Positions 13,129-25,644 of a DNA stretch of 47,953 nt are shown here, one piece after another. The notes under the pieces are model-generated. The model saw nothing but the letters and a program-made list of their open reading frames with translations. It had not been told where the DNA came from and searched no databases. Where the stretch lies: the NCBI GenBank assembly GCA_049999805.1, contig JBNGIO010001806.1, positions 1 through 47,953 on the forward strand. The letters are read 5' to 3'. This DNA comes from Folioceros fuciformis. Lineage: Eukaryota. A program made the translations under genes and the position numbers. The number at the start of each line of letters is the position of its first letter. The stretch's first letter is position 1.

Positions 13129-14380
13129 GGCCTGTAGCTCTAGCCCCTTTTTTCAAGGGCATGGTTCTGCCGTCGTCGTAAAGGCGTGCCCGTGTCCATC
13201 TGTTGGCCGAAGGAAGTTCTCAGCCGCTGCAGACCAGAGTCAGGAGCGCACTTGCTGGCAATGCCAAACGAAAGCTCCTTCTGGGCCTTTTCTAGTTTGT
13301 CCTTCGTGCAGTGCTGTTCAACCCATAGATCTCTCCATCGACTACTTCCAGATTTTTGATTTGTAAGGTCTTTTTATTCTTTACAGCGTTTGATGGACTA
13401 GTTCCGTTTGTCTGATTTGTCCTAGTGTTCTCAGTCCATGCTCTGCAGTTCCAACTTCAAACCTGGGCTGGTCGACAAGAGTGTATCTGTCCAAAATTCC
13501 TCATGTTTGCTAGCTTTTGCGTTTGTGACAGAGACAGAGCTTTCAAGCTTGACACAAAGGAGTTGGAGAAAAGATACAAGAATTTGCAAAAGAAACTTCA
13601 CCCAGATCTTTTCTCCAGAAAGTCTGAGGTTTGTAGTTCCTCTGTGTGTTAGTCACGTTGCCATGCTTTTATGGTGTGATGTTAATTGATTTTCGGTTGC
13701 GATCGCTTCACGCAGAGGGAGCAGGGTTATTCTGCGGATCAGTCTTCCCAAGTCATTCAGGCTTATTACACGCTTTTACGTCCACTATCCCGAGCTCAGT
13801 ACATGGTAAGATACTATGTCCGTTTGCCCGAAATGGTTATGTGAAGATATATCTGGGTGGAATGGCTTTAAGAATGTACGCTGCATGCGTTCCTCACAGA
13901 GAATATGACATGGTTGAGCACAGCTCGAGCTTCAAGGATTGAAGATTGAAGAAGCGGAAACTGTCACTGACCATGGCTTGCTTATGCAGGTACGCTGCCC
14001 TGCCTATCCCTGTTGTTCTCCATTTTATCATTTCGCTCTTAATCCTTTCCTTGACCCAGCGTAGATCATGGAGACACGAGAGGCAATAGAAGACGCGAAA
14101 GATAGCTCAGGGTTGCGGCAGATACTGGAAGATGTATACCTCTCTCTTTTGAACATATTTGTTGCTCAGTGAAATCTCTGCTGACCGATTTCTGGAGTTT
14201 TGTAACCGAATACTGATTTGGATCGATGGGCTTCCGTTTCAGAACAAGGCAAAAATTCAAGAGACAGAAGACGTCTTGGTGCATGCCTTCGACAAGGAGG
14301 ATCTGTCAACTGCCAAGCAAGCAGTTCAGCGCATGACTTATTTTCAGCGGGTTGTGGAGGAGGTCACGAAAAAATTGTAA
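13129..14380 (+). CDS. HSCB: Mitochondrial Fe-S co-chaperone HscB/Jac1; first exon(s) and start codon not resolved
   Basis: CWQC..CPSCSAVQP zinc motif, DYFQIF, LQKKLHPD J-domain, AYYTLLRPLSRAQYM and IMETREAIE across 6 GT-AG exons; stop at 14378-14380. Confidence 0.92.
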
Positions 14381-15293
14381 ATATGTCGAGCTACTTGCTA
14401 CCTGGGCGATCTGAGTTCAGAGAACGCGTTTGCTCAGGACGGCACAAGACACTGGGCAGTAATCTGGGAGAATTTCAAAGACTGGCTGCAAGATGATCAA
14501 TACGAAAAGTGTCAGGCACATTGACTTCAATTATCAGATTGATGCCTTCTACCAACAGTGGTTTGTTGAAAACGTTCAACTACTGGCCCGCGAGAGGGAG
14601 TTGGGAATGTGTGTATTTTCACTTTCTGTCGAAGAAATGGACTTCCATTCCCTTCAGCCTCTACCCTAGAAGAGTGCTGAAGGCAGTCCCTGTACAAACA
14701 AAGCATTTGCAATCGATTCACAGCTCAACCACAAGGTGAAAAATGGTGAGACGGTCAAGGCTGCCTCTTGCGCAGACGAGTTAAATTATCACTCTTCCTT
14801 CGCCCAGCAGCAATGAACGAAGTCAAGTGTCAAATGATGTGGACTCCAGACCCACAACTATCTGAAGTTGAGAGACGGACCACCTGACCGCATGTTCAAC
14901 CATAGACGATACGCAAACCACAGATGTAGTGCTTGCGCTATGTCACATGCATGATGTACTTGACCGTCGTGTACCATCTTAGAACATCAAGAAAGTCCAG
15001 AATTCCTTCCCAACACGTTACCTGAATCGTGCTAGCAGTCTCAGTTTCGTACGGGCGCCCAGGATGCAGAAACCGGGTCTTCATAGTGGAAGTCATTAGA
15101 AAACTTGAAATACTGCCTATGGTGCTGGCCTTGTGATTCTGAAGACGACTAGCCATGCCAAACGCTCGGGAAATCAGCTGCTTGGTATGTATGGCATCAC
15201 GTTCTGCAAGCAACCCAAAAAGTTGTGCACCGAAAGCCCATCGTCCGCAAGCAAAGAGGTCAGAGATCCCCCTCCCACCCTCATCACATCACT

Positions 15294-17075
15294 TTATAGC
15301 TGATGGTAGGGCGAGTTGGCAGGCAGAGGGTTTGCGACAGAGTCTGCCATCTTTGATGCAGGCTTCATGCCAGCTCCTTTGAGCTCAAACACAGATCCCA
15401 AGTCCATGGCTCTCTTACTTTTGAGAAACAACTTATGCTTGTTCTCAGGGCTGTCAGTTGCAAGAGGCCTTCTTGTACCTGAAATTCCCGTTTCACCACA
15501 GTTCCTCATACTGGCGGGAGTCTCCATCACAACCAAGTCAGGGGAGCCGGTCGGTCTGATGGTCAGCATACTCCTCCTAGATCCCGATGGAGTCTCCAGC
15601 ACTCTTCTTCTGGGACTATGGGACACACATGGAGTCTCCAGAACAGTCATCTTCGATCTGTGGCACGCCACTGGAGTCTCTGGGATCGTTCTTGGAAAAT
15701 CATGGAACACCTCTGGCGTCTCCGGGACCACATCTGCCTTTGCAGGTTCCATGTGTCTTGCTCTCTTCCGCCTCTGAGAAGAAACCAAACTTTTCGGCCG
15801 TTTCAGAGGGGGCAACACACTAATCTTCTTCAGCGCCTCCACTGCTCTGCTTTTACCAAAATGGGACAATCTTCGAGCTCTTTCCCTCTTTCTCTGACAC
15901 TCCTCCTCGAACTGCTTACTACAGCCAACGTCCTTCCCGCACCGCGCAGAAACAGGAACCCCAGCGATCTCCTTCAGCAACACGGGAACCTTAGTGTTTC
16001 CGCTAAGGCTCTTCTGAATGCCGGCTTCCAGGCTCGGAGCCGAAGCCTGCCAGTCGGATATCGGAATTTCTGTATCGGCAGAACATTCAAGACTGGCTGC
16101 GGCCTCCACCGTATTCGGGATATCCATGTCTCCAAGTTCCTCATTGAATCCGAGAAACTCCATTTGCGTGAATATCTGCTTCACAACGTCAGGAATGCTG
16201 CCAGAATATCGAACACCAATCACCCTTTCCGCATAGTCCATCAAACTCTCACCATCCACTACACCAAGCGTGAACTGCACATTATCCAGCAAATCACACA
16301 CTTCATCCAATAACCTCCCGTTCTCTTCCCTCCACACCGACTGGAAGGCAAGAATGATCTCCATCCGAAACAGCAGTTGAAGCTCCTGTGCTCGAAGTTT
16401 CTCCCGCGCGTCACCAACCGACCCAGATTCGGTGTCTCCAAGAAGCAATCCGACTAAACGTTGCACTACTTCCAACTCGCCACCAGCCTCCGCTTCGTCC
16501 CCGCTGGATATCAGCTGCAGCGCCTTTGATCCACTCGACACCATCTCCTTGGCAAATTCATGCACATCCAATGCAGCATTGCAGACACAATGCAACACCT
16601 TTTCGGGTAAGGCTCCAATAAACAACTCCGCGTCCTTGACAGTCATCCTCCCGACCACATCCTCCTGTCCCGCTCCGAGCACCGCACTGTCAGCCCTAGC
16701 TGAAGCTGCCCTCCGCCGGCTCCTCGAATCCTCCTCCCCTGTATTGCTCCTGACGATGTCGCACTGTACGGTCGTACTGGCCATGCTGGAGCACACCGGG
16801 AAGGCGTTCTTCTCCACATCCCTGAATCGTGTTGCGGCTGAGCTCCTCTCCCCGTCGCCGGTGCAGGTTCTGCAATTACTCTCTTCAACAGCATTGAGGC
16901 ACGGCGTAGCTGGAAGCTTCTCCACCAGCCTCACCCCTGCTGTAGGAAAACCATGCTCATCACTACGGCCTCCAAGTTCGACCTGCCCTCCTTCCGCCGA
17001 TCCTTCAGGGGAGCTGGAGTCATCATCATCCTTGTCCGAGGGCCGCTTCCTCTTTTTGGAGGCCCTTGGCGCCAT
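15294..17075 (-). CDS. Treslin/TICRR (Sld3)-like replication initiation factor, single exon
   Basis: KLRAQELQLLFRMEI...VCDLLDNVQF...SLMDYAERVIGVRY...VVKQIFTQME and KRERARRLSHF resemble the plant Treslin STD region. Repeated ETP CDK motifs and an N-terminal NLS (KKRKR). First ATG is at 17075; the ORF-track start is a TTG. Confidence 0.7.
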   Translation of the reverse strand: MAPRASKKRKRPSDKDDDDSSSPEGSAEGGQVELGGRSDEHGFPTAGVRLVEKLPATPCLNAVEESNCRTCTGDGERSSAATRFRDVEKNAFPVCSSMASTTVQCDIVRSNTGEEDSRSRRRAASARADSAVLGAGQEDVVGRMTVKDAELFIGALPEKVLHCVCNAALDVHEFAKEMVSSGSKALQLISSGDEAEAGGELEVVQRLVGLLLGDTESGSVGDAREKLRAQELQLLFRMEIILAFQSVWREENGRLLDEVCDLLDNVQFTLGVVDGESLMDYAERVIGVRYSGSIPDVVKQIFTQMEFLGFNEELGDMDIPNTVEAAASLECSADTEIPISDWQASAPSLEAGIQKSLSGNTKVPVLLKEIAGVPVSARCGKDVGCSKQFEEECQRKRERARRLSHFGKSRAVEALKKISVLPPLKRPKSLVSSQRRKRARHMEPAKADVVPETPEVFHDFPRTIPETPVACHRSKMTVLETPCVSHSPRRRVLETPSGSRRSMLTIRPTGSPDLVVMETPASMRNCGETGISGTRRPLATDSPENKHKLFLKSKRAMDLGSVFELKGAGMKPASKMADSVANPLPANSPYHQL

Positions 17076-17110
17076 AGCTGTTTCTTCAGAGGAACGGGGC
17101 TCATTCGAGC

Positions 17111-17118
17111 GCGGGAAA
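17111..17118 (-). promoter_or_regulatory. Canonical E2F site TTTCCCGC
   Basis: gcgggaaa on plus, about 35 bp upstream of the Treslin-like ATG. Confidence 0.6.
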
Positions 17119-17338
17119 TAAGAACTTGAAGCCGGTCCCAACCACCGTGCAATGCCGGTCCGCAAATCATGAAGAATATATGTACATACATAGTAATTTC
17201 ATTTAAAAGCGTTTTGTTAAAGACAGGCAGTCAAGCGAAGAAGAATTTGATTGAAGTCCACGTTTCGTTATGGGACGCGACTGTTGTCTTTCAGATAGGT
17301 GGGAGTATGTACGAAAATGAAACCCTGTAATTAGGGTA

Positions 17339-20300
17339 ATGGACGACGATGAGACAAAAGGGGTTTGGATTTTGGTGTCCCCACTCGACGAGGGTTCGAT
17401 CTCGGTTTGCTCTCAACTTGGAGTTGCCTTCCCCGCGGACGAACGATACATAGACAAGGACTGGACGGAATCTATTGAAAGTACCCCCCGAATGGACACA
17501 GAGACACGGGCTCGATCTTTTGATTCCGAGGAGGAGGAAGAAGAGGAGGATGAGGAAGAGGAGGAGGAGGATGACGAAGAGCAAGTGGAGGAGGACGACG
17601 AAGGATGGACATTTCATCTACCTGCCCCGGCCCAGGCTCTGGCCTTCGGGTCCGCTCCTTTGTATCCCAACTCTGTCAAGTGGTCCAACGAGAACCTACT
17701 GGCTGTGGCTAGTGGCCATTTAGTGTACATCCTGGTGAAGCCCTGCCCGCCGAGAATGTTGAATTTGCCGGGAAAATGTCAAGTCGGAACTCTGAACTTT
17801 CGTTGTGCAGAATCCAGCTGCTCTGTCCGGGCCAAGAGGCTTCGTCTCGCTAACGACAAATCCTGCGTTCAACATCGGGAGGATAAGAAACTCGGGTTTG
17901 CATTGCTTGTATTTGCTTGCGTCGTGGTTTGCGCCACGATACACGTTTGGAGGGACATGAAAAAGGGTGTCAAGTTGCATTTTGCCGTTCTCTGTGTGCG
18001 TTTCTTGTTCAGACCGGCAGGCAGCTTCTGTCCAGGCACTCGCCCTAGCCAAGGAGAGCCGTCCATACGTTAGGAGTCTGGACTGGTCTCCGCAAGGATT
18101 TTCTTCGAATGGAGGGTGTGTGAAATTCATTTGGATGCTGTTGTGTGTTGTGGCGAGCATGCTTGTTTCCAGGCTAATGAACGGGTACGGACCTTGTCTC
18201 GTGACGTGCAGTTGTCTCCTTGCTGTCTGCACAACTGATCACCGTGTGAAGCTCTATCGTGCTCCATATCGTGAATTTCAGTCTGAGTGGATCGAGGTGC
18301 GGGGTTTCTCAAGTTTATGGTGTTGTTCGCTGAGACGCTTGTATCTCTGAGCGTACTAGTTGACGCGAAGACTACTTGTTATATTGCAGGTTCTGGATGT
18401 ATCGGCACTAATTTATGCTCAGTATGCCCAAAACCACTTTGCAGAGACGCAGTCCACAGCTCGGGCCCTGGCTTTGGTATGTAGCGTGGTACTAATGGGT
18501 TCAGTTGGTTGCTATTTTTTTGCCGTAGGTGCTCTGTCTGGATTCTGTCTAGCCAGCGTAATTGGCCAATGCTTTCCTCTTGCACAGGAAGACGAGGCTT
18601 CAGCTCCTCAAATCAGAACAGTTTCATCAAGAAAACGAAAAGCAGCGGATGAAGCCAGACTGCGTCCTGGAAAACGTAGGATAAACCGACAGTAAGTGTC
18701 AACAGTCGGCAACCCTTCAGGTGTCTTTGGCGTTTAGAAGAAATTCTTCACAAGTTTGTTAGTTGGTAAGCTGGTACAGACCCAAATCTTATTTCTTGAA
18801 TTGATGCAATGACACTTGCTGTTCAGAGTGATGCGCAACACCGTTGTTTTTGATGATCCTGAGATTCGAGATGGGGAGAAAGTGTGCGAGAAAGTGTGCC
18901 TTCTAACAAGCTCTCAGTTACCCCCAATCTCTCAGGGATCAAGAATTGAGGTGAGTGCTGCAGGATACCAATGTTGCATCGTAGGGGGGTCTCTTTCTTC
19001 GTAACTCAAGGTTGCCTTCCCTGTGAATCTCCTGTCAAATCAGGTACGGAGGGAGAAGGGGGGAGTGCGCGTCTGGCTATCTGGTATTGTGTTAAAGGTG
19101 ACAGGTAGCAGGACGTTGGTCAGATATGGAACATCATTATCAGGTCCACTACCACAGAGGAAGTGAATCTCTTCGTTTTAGTGGACCAGGCTAGTTCTTC
19201 AGTTTTCGGTTTGTAGTATTCATTCACAGTGCGTTATTATCTGGTGGCAGATGCGAAAGAGGAGTGGCTAGACAGTAACTTGTGCCGTGAAAATGGAGTT
19301 CTTCGGACTGCTGCCCCTTGCATGCGTCCTCTGCTCACTGCAGAAATGCTCTTACAGAAAGGGTTGAGTGTGAGCCTTCTCTACGTTGAAAGGGATGGGA
19401 TGTCAGATGGAGACCCAGTTGAGATATGGAAAAACGATAGGTATGTATGCTAAGCTGTTCCAGTTCACCTGTGACGTTTGTTTACTGAAACAGGAATGGA
19501 GTCTGGTATTGCAATCTTGTTTTAGTCAGAAGGTGATAGATAAGGCGCTGACTTGAGAGGTGAGTTGTCTGCTCAGTTTCATGCCTTGTAACTTGACAAT
19601 TACTGTTTTCTTGCAGGTGGCAGGAAGGAGTGCTGGTAGACGCAGCCTGCGTACCTCCAAAAGTTTCAATTACAGGTGCCAGCTCTGGTCGCGCATTTCG
19701 TCATGGAAAATCTCTCGCTTCCTCTTTTGAACATATATGTTGATAAATACTTTGCGTACAGGTGACCGTGCTGTACTTGATGTGGAGCAAGTGTTTTTGC
19801 GGAGGCCTCCACGATGGAGCGGAAAGGACTGGGTATGGTTTGCCCAGCGGTGTTAGCTCTTGTCTTTAGAGCTGATTCGCTGATGACTCCGTCCGGAAGC
19901 TTAGCAGCTATTTTACAGTGCAGGAATGGAGTTGTAACCAGGAGGAAGCAGCCAACAAACGGATACTTCTGCGCCGGGGACCAGAAGTTGAGGTTACTGC
20001 AGCACAATATGCAGCCAGGAGTAATGAGCTGGCTCATTTAGTTTCTGTATGGTCTGCACTATGTTCTGCAGCATGTGGGCAAGGTGGCAAAGGTGAACGG
20101 AGGAGACATTTTGTAATGCTTGCAATAGGCGGAAAATCTGGCAAAGTTTTCTTTTTCAGAGTTCCGAAGCTTCTGTCGTTTTCTGGAGAGACGGCCCTTC
20201 CCTTGCATGAGATGGATTACCTTGGCTCAGTCCCTGCCCATGAGTCCTGGGTGACAGGGCTTGCGTGGGCTAGCACCCCGGGTGAGTCTGAAGATGTCGG

Positions 20301-22828
20301 GACTGCGCTTTTACTTGCTTCTGGGGGCTCCAACGGCAGGTGGGATGTGTGCCAAGAGTTTTATGTCAGTCACGCGCCACAATTGTTGTTGAGGTGGTGT
20401 GCAGTACTGAATACTTTTTGGTCATGGCAGTGTGAAACTGTGGATGGCCGATGTTCAGTCCCTTGCAGACTGCTGTCCCTCACCAAATGGCTCACCACTT
20501 GAGTTACTGAAAGAGGTAATGCACGGCACATTACCGGTCTTCACGTGTCCTTTACTGCATGTGACCGCAGAGTGTGAAACGTTTGTTCAACTTCTGTATG
20601 TGCTTTCTGATTACGAAACAGGTACTACCTGTGGACCGTGTGCCAGTAACGTCTCTGGCAATGATACCTTGTTCACATGCTGCTGGACAAGTTGTATTGG
20701 CTGTTGGGAAGGCCTCTGGTAGTTTGGTGGCATTGGAGTGCCACAGAACTGGAGATTTGGGGTCAATTGCCTGTGAGCTCCGAGCGCATGATCACTTGGT
20801 AATCTTGTCTGCTGCGACCTGCAGTGTCTCGACCCCTTCGACCCTGTTCTGAGGTTAAAATGTTGGCAGGCAAACTGTGGGTGAATTACGCTTGTTCTCC
20901 CTCTTTTTGTTTCCTCAGGTCACAGGGTTGACATGGACATTTGATGGGCGGATCCTCTACAGCTGTTCACAGGTACTGTTCTCTCATGAGACTTGCGGTT
21001 ACTCCTTCCTAGTGGCAAGTTCCAGTTGTGTAGGAGCTGTACATCGTATCAAACAGCCATCCAAGGGTTTGTGAGCCTCTTTGGTCGATTCAGGATAGCA
21101 GAATGAGAACTTGGGAGTTTTCCAACAGCAGGTTGTGGCCTGTGGCCTTTCCGAGTGGCTCTTCATTGCTCACCACTGATACCTCTCAGACAACTTTAGA
21201 GGTAGCTTGCCTAAAGAGCTTTCATCCTTCCTTCGGGTTTCCATTGCGAGTTATGCTGCCAATGGGGCGTCCTGGATTCTGTCATGCAGCTTCCCGCATC
21301 ATCGCTGGAGTCCTTCTTCGGACTGGCCTTGTCCCCAGGGAACTTGGCTTTAGTGGTGGTACGCTTCGCACCTGCGTTTTTCTTCTGGTCAGTGACAATG
21401 TGGGTTGGTCTGGGCTTGTTTGTCTCGGGAGCCTTGTGTAAGGAACCTTGTAAGGAACTCTCATATATCCTGCTGCGCCTTGTTCAGTTAAGAAGCATAG
21501 CAGCCGATATGGTTGACCAAATGTACCAGGCCAGGTGAGCTCATCCTTGTCCATGTGTTTTCTCCTATACACATTGTTCAGACAAAAGCTTCTCTCATGA
21601 GGTGAAGTCTGCTCTTCTCAGGTCACAAAAAGGAGTTGTGCAGCTTTTCTGGATTGGGGGACAGCATATCCAAGGTGATTTTCCTCCAGCTCAAGACTGT
21701 GTTTCAGTTGGTTTGCCGGGTGAGGACCTTGCAAGATGGAAATCCAGAATTGTGGCGGCACTTCATCATATCGAGGAGAAGGAGCAGCCCTTAGTTCTGT
21801 GGGATATCGTGGCTGCAACTTCTTCGATCAGGGTACTCACCGAGAGCACGCAGCATGTCGGAGATATTCTGTCGAGCTGGATTTGTAGCAAGCAAGAGTC
21901 TTCAACAACTCCCTTGGAATGGAGTTTGGAGCAGATGGAGGAGTACCTGAGAGAAGCAAGTTGCCGGCGATTACAAATGCTGAACTTGACTTATCGATAC
22001 CTTCTCCTCGTCAGATTCAGAGCAGACGTCCTGAGCGGGCGAAGCAGCCAAGTCGTATGGGATACGCACAGAAGGATGATGTCAGAGCAGGATAAACAGC
22101 TGGAGAGTTCATCTCCTGATTGTGTCGTGCGCCAAGAAGAATTGTGGCGAGTTCACTTGGCGGCAATCGAGCTGGAATTGCGGCAGAGGCTTATGTATGT
22201 GAGCCTCTTCGCATCGGTCTGGAAGAGGATATATCTGGAGGAAAATGAAAACACAGCCTGTTTCGAAGATGACTGGAGTCCTTCCGGGACGCATCTCATG
22301 GCCGCTTGGGTGTGCACAGAGGGCTTCAAGACATTTCCTGAACTGTTGCAGATAACAGCGCGGGCGTCTGACTCCGGGAACGAGTAAGTTTCATAACACT
22401 GCGGAGTGCTATTTTTTGTCATGCTTGCTGAGCCAAAATTGTATGCTTTTGCATCCAGGTGTAGGTTGGGGCCCTGGGGATCTGGTGTACGTGAAACTTG
22501 CACAATTTGTGAGGCACCGGTGCCATTGGAATCACCTGAATTAGGTCATTGTTCCAGAGAAGGGGAAGCATCAAAGCACAAGCTGCAGAGGTGCGCCGTG
22601 TCCTTGGAGATATGCCCGGCCATCCCTCTTTGGCAATGCCAGGGTTGTGCCCGGTCTGTTGTCAATCTTCCCCCCTTTCTCTTCTTCTCCATGACCAGCA
22701 GAACACAGGTTGACTACATTCCTTTGCCTCTTCTCCTCCATGAAACTGTGTGTCCTTGTTGTCCCTTTTGCGGGATCCTAATTCTGAGACCGCAACCGAA
22801 ATTTCTGCTGGCCGCGTCCCTAGTTTAG
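17339..22828 (+). CDS. TFIIIC90/GTF3C4-like WD40 protein with C-terminal zinc finger and an internal tandem Agenet module; many exons
   Basis: Acidic N-terminus, YPNSVKWSNENLLAVASGHLVYILNPA..GPRG, VRSLDWSPQG, CLLAVCTTDHRVKLYR, HESWVTGLAW, LLASGGSNG, VTGLTWTFDGRILYSCSQD, FFGLALSPGNL, MYQARSQKGVVQLFWIGG, and C-terminal CTICEAPV..HKLQRCAVS..CPFCGIL. Confidence 0.85.
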
Positions 22829-23187
22829 TCCAGCATTCCGTCCCCTTGCTACACGGTGATCGGAATGGAGTCCAGGTTTCGCCGGAGTTTTTCCGGCGAA
22901 TGGGGGATCCCTCCACTGCTGCTGCTGGGTATCGGACAAATCCTAGGATTGAGGTTTTCGTGTTAGTGTCTCGTCTAAATTCATTGTACACGTATAATCG
23001 TTGTGTAGTCTGGGGGTTTCCCGGTCAATAGGGGATCCCTGCCCTCCTGCTTTTTGGGTTCGGACGGTCCTAGGTTGAGAAATCTCAGGATTGAGATTCT
23101 CGTATCAATGTCTCCCGGAAATTCTTTGTATAGAAACGGACGAGCCGTTATGGCACTTGGTATGTACAGCATGCACCTGCCAACTCG

Positions 23188-23260
23188 TACAAGCTAGAGG
23201 GTTGACAAGCCTCCAGAGGGTCTACAAGCTTCCAGAGGGTTTACAAGCTTCCCGGGAGGG
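23188..23260. repeat. 19-bp tandem repeat, about 3.5 copies
   Basis: Units of the form agagggtttacaagcttcc. Confidence 0.8.
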
Positions 23261-25644
23261 ACACATCTCATGAACTGTACAGAGAAGAACGCATGAGGAC
23301 CTCTATTTGGACTGTTTTCTATTTTTTTAGAATGGTCATAGCATCAACCAAGAAGACGACCAGCTTCCCTTTAAGGTGAACGTGAAGGTTGGCAACCCAG
23401 GAAGGTCAAGGTTGTCCATGCCTGGGAAATTTGTGGGGAGTGCAAATTGGAGTATAAACGTTTTTTCTTCTGCTTGGAAATGTAACCTTGCAAGCTAATA
23501 ATTGTGAGCCTCATAAGAACGCAACCAACTTTATTTTTTTATATAATTAATAAATATTTTAAACCCAGGCCGAAACCCAGAAAATTTCCTTTTGATGGCA
23601 ATTTCACAATTGGATTGTCACGGTGCGGAGGGGTTATGATTACGCCGAAAACCGTCCCGGCGTAGTCAGTCAGGAGTTGTGTCACCAAAATTTGTGCAAC
23701 GCCTTGGCAAGCCGTCTGTTGCGTTATGATTCGCAGCTTAGTTGCAGAACGCGTCTCATGCAAGGAACTTGACAACGGAATCCAAAATCGCCTCTCGCAG
23801 TCTTGACTGAGCAGTCTGCGGAATGGGTACTTGCTAGGCAGAGAGGAATGTGAGAACTCCAGCAATTGGTACAGCGGTATGTAGATTAGGCAAGTCTCCT
23901 GCAAGTGCCTCTCCGTCATGGCTCTGAACAAGTGCTTCGTGTGCTTACATATCGAGTGCGCCTGAGACAAAAGAATTTGTACGCCGTCCCTGATGTTTGT
24001 ACCCATATGGGATGTTCGCGTCAAATGCGTAACAGGCATGTTACCCTGATAGGGGACCTGATTCTGGCCTGTCTCAGCATACAGAGCACGTGGTGTCAAG
24101 GAGCACTGTTTTGTGCGGCATCTTCTGCATGAGAGATGGTATTTGGACAGCTGATACTGTTCCTGGAGCAGAACTGCACAGCTGTGTGTACATATTCTAC
24201 GATACAATGTAATGATAAGCAGTCCCTGACTGGAGGACAACGATGTGCTTCACCAGCCATGCTCCAGGCTTGAAGATGACCCTGTGTTTGTAAAAAAATC
24301 GAGAGAGAGGGGACGCGTCCCCTTTGGCATGCCAGACTGCAAGCCAAGAAAAGTTGTTGGAGTAGCTGACATACGGACATGTATACGTAAATGATTCAGA
24401 AAGTTTGTGGAATTGAGATTGAGATTGCTCTCAAATAGGAAAATATTTACATACGTACGCAATGCATGTGGGATCTTAGCTAGAAGTGTGGGTCACAATT
24501 CAAGAGGGATAGCCCACATCCAGAATGCCAGCTCACACGTTCACACCAGCCTGTGACAGTGATTGCACTTTGGATGGAGGGCCTGGGCGTGGGCGTGGGC
24601 GTGGGTCCTGGTCACGACACCGAAAGCAGTGGATTGATCGTGATGTTCAAGCGCAAGCTAGGGCTAGGGTTGATCGGGCAAGGCCCGAGCTTGACCGGCC
24701 TGCGTCGTCCCTTTCATAACCTGTCCATGTTGAGAAGCCTTATGACACCTAGTAAGACGACGGAGCAAGCTGTAAAGCCTTACCTTCCGAGTTCCCCAGA
24801 GTTGTTTGCAGTCGTGAGGGCCTCACATGGCGGGGTGCATGACAGATATTTGTGTCCGCTTGTCTTGGCATCGGTTGTTGTTCAGGAGTAGATTCGGAGC
24901 ATGAGGAAACAGCTGGTGCGGCCAAAGGCAAATTTCAAGGTCCTGACGACTTCATTGTCACAGGCTTCAGTGAGTGTCCTTTTGACTTGGGACAACGGAC
25001 GACGGCGAGTACGTACCAGTACAACTGTGAAGCAAACAGAGCCTCTGCGGGGAGAGAGTCGTGGCAAGGACGGCGTCCCGTCCCGTCATGTCCGGTCCCG
25101 ACTCATCCTGTTCAGGCAGTACAGGCTGTACGCCGTATTCAAATGTAAGGCAGTGCATCAATTGGATATTTGTCCTGTGCTCTGGTGTGGTGTGGTGGAG
25201 GTTTTGCGCTATGGCACCGCCCACGTGTGCACTCGGTGTCCCAGAATGTTTGTTTCATGTGTGGACTCGAGTAGACAGGAGCCGAGCAGCGAGCCGACGT
25301 GCCGGTGAGCTGCATTTTCGAGGCGGCTAAATGTTGTTTGCTGACTTCGTCTGTCACTGTGTCATTCTGGAGGCTCTGAAGAATTTGTTGGCCCCGACGG
25401 TCACAGCAATTGCAGCTAGGGTAAGAGCCTTGACCGCGGGGGAGTGGAATATGCGCTGGGCTGGCGACGACTGGGCCCTCCTCGTCGGGGCCCGAGCCCC
25501 TGTCGCGGTGCCAGTCTTTTAGGACAAGACGCGATCAGTTCCTGCACCACGGGGTTCCGGCCCCATGCCTTCAGTGCGGGTCGGGGCGCTTTTTGTTTAC
25601 GGTTTGTGCAGGGAATGTCACCAACCGGATCGTCAGAATTCCGA

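Noticed and set aside
24500-24516. gagggatagc similarity to miR390
   Set aside because: Only about 10 nt match and there is no precursor hairpin.
23539-25360. 233-aa and other ORFs in the intergenic interval
   Set aside because: Mostly non-ATG starts, no motifs and no coherent splice model.
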